Of a stretch of DNA of 64,000 bases, positions 60,442 to 64,000 are shown piece by piece. The stretch lies in NCBI RefSeq assembly GCF_009914755.1, contig NC_060943.1. One strand, 5' to 3'. This DNA comes from the human T2T-CHM13v2.0 reference genome, Homo sapiens. The position numbers and the translations under genes are program-made. The notes below the pieces were generated by a model. It made no database searches, was not told the origin of the DNA, and saw nothing but the letters and a program-made list of their open reading frames with translations. Each line of letters opens with the position of its first letter. Position 1 is the first letter of the stretch.

Positions 60442-61610
60442 CTAAGGGAAGAGAGATGGGGCCCTGATACAGAAGTGCACAGCCCCAGACACCCTCAAAG
60501 CCAGCATGGTCTCTGTGAAAGATGCACCCTACAGCAGAATTCTGTGAAGGGTTCCTGTGGGGCAGTGCCCCCCGGTGGACAATGACCTTTAGACAAAGGC
60601 ATTACCTGTAAATGATCTAGTGTGCTAGAAGGAAAAGACATTCAATTTCCATCCCTAGAAATCCAGGAAATGCAAACTAAGACAACAATAAGTTGCCTGT
60701 CAACTTTATAAACAAAAGAAGGAAATAGAAACTTTGTTCAAAACAAACTTTGAATGCAGTGTTTCACTTTCTGGGCATGTCTCAAGACAAAAGACTTTCT
60801 TTCTCTTTTTTTTTTTCTTTCAGACAGTCTCACTCTGTCACCCAGCCTGGAGTGCAGAGGCACGATCTCGGCTCACTGCAACCTCTGCCTCCAAGTGATT
60901 CTCCTGCCTCAGCCTCCTGTGTAGATGGGCTTATAGGCAAATGACTTTCTTTAGAAGACCAGAATTGGCTGGGCATGATGACTCACGCCTGTAATCTCAG
61001 GACTTTGGGAGGCCAAGGCGGGTGGATCACCTGAGCTCAGGAGTTCGAGACCAGTCTAGGCAACATGGCAAAATCCCATCTCTACTAAAAATACAAAAAT
61101 TAGCTGGGCGTGGTGGCAGGCACCCATAATCACAGATACTCAGGAGGCTGACGCATGAGAATTGCTTGAGCTCGGGAGGCAGAAGTTGCAGTGAGTTGAG
61201 ATCACACCAGTGCACTCCAGCCTGGGTGACAGAATGAGACCCTGTCTCAAAAAACAAAACAAAAAAACAAAAACTACACCATGGAATGAAAATGGAAAAA
61301 ATGTTTCCTGGTACCTCCTAAGGCTAAACATATGTATCTCCTATGGCCCAGCAATCCACATCTGGGAATATACCCAAGAAAAATGATTGCATGTCTACGT
61401 ACACGACTGCTTCTAGCAACTCTATTCATAGTAGCCGAAAATCAGAAAGAGCCCAAATGTCCATCAACAATACATTTGAATAAATAAACGTGGTATAGTC
61501 ATAAAATGGAATGCCACACAGCAATTTTAAAAAATAACAGCACATGGACCAACATGCAACAGCATGGTCAAATATCATGACATAATATTGAGTGAAAGAA
61601 GCTAGACACT

Positions 61611-62995
<1,385 letters not shown>

Positions 62996-64000
62996 CTAGA
63001 CATAATTGTATATGCATTTTATATAAGCATTAGGAACAGGCAAACCTAACTTGTGGTGACAGAAATGAGAAAATGGTCACCTCTGCACGCTATTGGGTGG
63101 GAGAATGCACAAAGGAACCTTCTAATATGACGGGAATGCTCTATATCCTGACCTAGGTGGTGGTTACAAAGATATGTACATAAATTCATTGAGCTTTATA
63201 CTTCAGTTTTATGCTGTAAGTTATCTCCATTTTAAACGTTAAATTTTTAAAGTTTGAAATAAAACAGAATAGAATCAACAACTAGTGTATCAGTACTTTC
63301 AAGATACGCAAAGGATCAGAATGCAGGACCAGCCTGGTGGAGAATACACTGGGGTGGGGAGAACAGGGCCCCAGGTGCTCACATTCCCTCTCCAGCCACA
63401 AGGGGGCTCTCCCCACCTCAGCTCTCTACAGCCAAATCCTCTGGAAAACCCAGCCGCACATGACCTCGCCTATTCAGAAATGTCACTGCTGGCTGGGCCA
63501 GGTGGCTCACCCCTGTAATCCCAGCACTTTGGGAGGTCGAGGTGGGAGACTCACTTGAGTCCAGGAGTTCAAGACCAGTCTGGGCAACATAGTGAGACCC
63601 CGTCTCTACAAAAAAATAGAAAGAGAAATACAATCTCATGATTCAAATATACAACCATTGCGGAAAACTGTCAGTATTTAGCATAAACATATGCATACCT
63701 TATGACCTTGCCCTTCAGGTCCTGGCCTACATACCCAACAGAAATGCATACATATGTTCTCCAAATGACCTGTACAGGAATGTTCCTAGCAGCACTATTT
63801 GTAATTGCCAGAGATCGGCAGCAACCCAAATGCCCTCAACAGTTAGAATGAATAAATAAATCACAGTGGAATGCTATATACATCAATGAGAATGAATGCC
63901 ATGCAACAACATGGATAATTCTCATAAAGGCAGGCACAGTGACTCAACGCCTATAATCCCAGCACTTTGGGAGGCCAAGGTGGGAGAATTGCTTGAACCC

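Overview
Primate, almost certainly human, genomic DNA from the 19q13.31 LY6/uPAR cluster. It contains the truncated pseudogene CD177P1 (exons 4-9, minus strand, about 3.2-9.6 kb, premature TAA in exon 7) and the complete TEX101 coding sequence (plus strand, 46295-48772, 249 aa). The background is very dense in Alu, L1, LTR and DNA-transposon remnants. CD177 itself is not in the window. The interval between the two genes holds the most interesting signals. (1) Frameshifted minus-strand blocks at about 26.1-26.6 kb and 20.4-20.5 kb align in register with apolipoprotein A-IV, suggesting a dead APOA4-like gene. (2) Three degenerate fibronectin type II (BSP/ELSPBP1-like) exons lie at 10.3-11.7 kb. 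(3) An old 28S rDNA copy runs past the 28S 3' end to a Sal-box-like terminator and supplies the ATG exon (MGARQ) of the long TEX101 isoform. (4) A 3'UTR-only retrocopy candidate contains an L1 with a 3' transduction. (5) The TEX101 promoter has three CCAAT boxes exactly 31 bp apart and a perfect antisense splice donor. All homologies were judged by eye against remembered sequences; no searches were run. Repeat boundaries and subfamilies are approximate.
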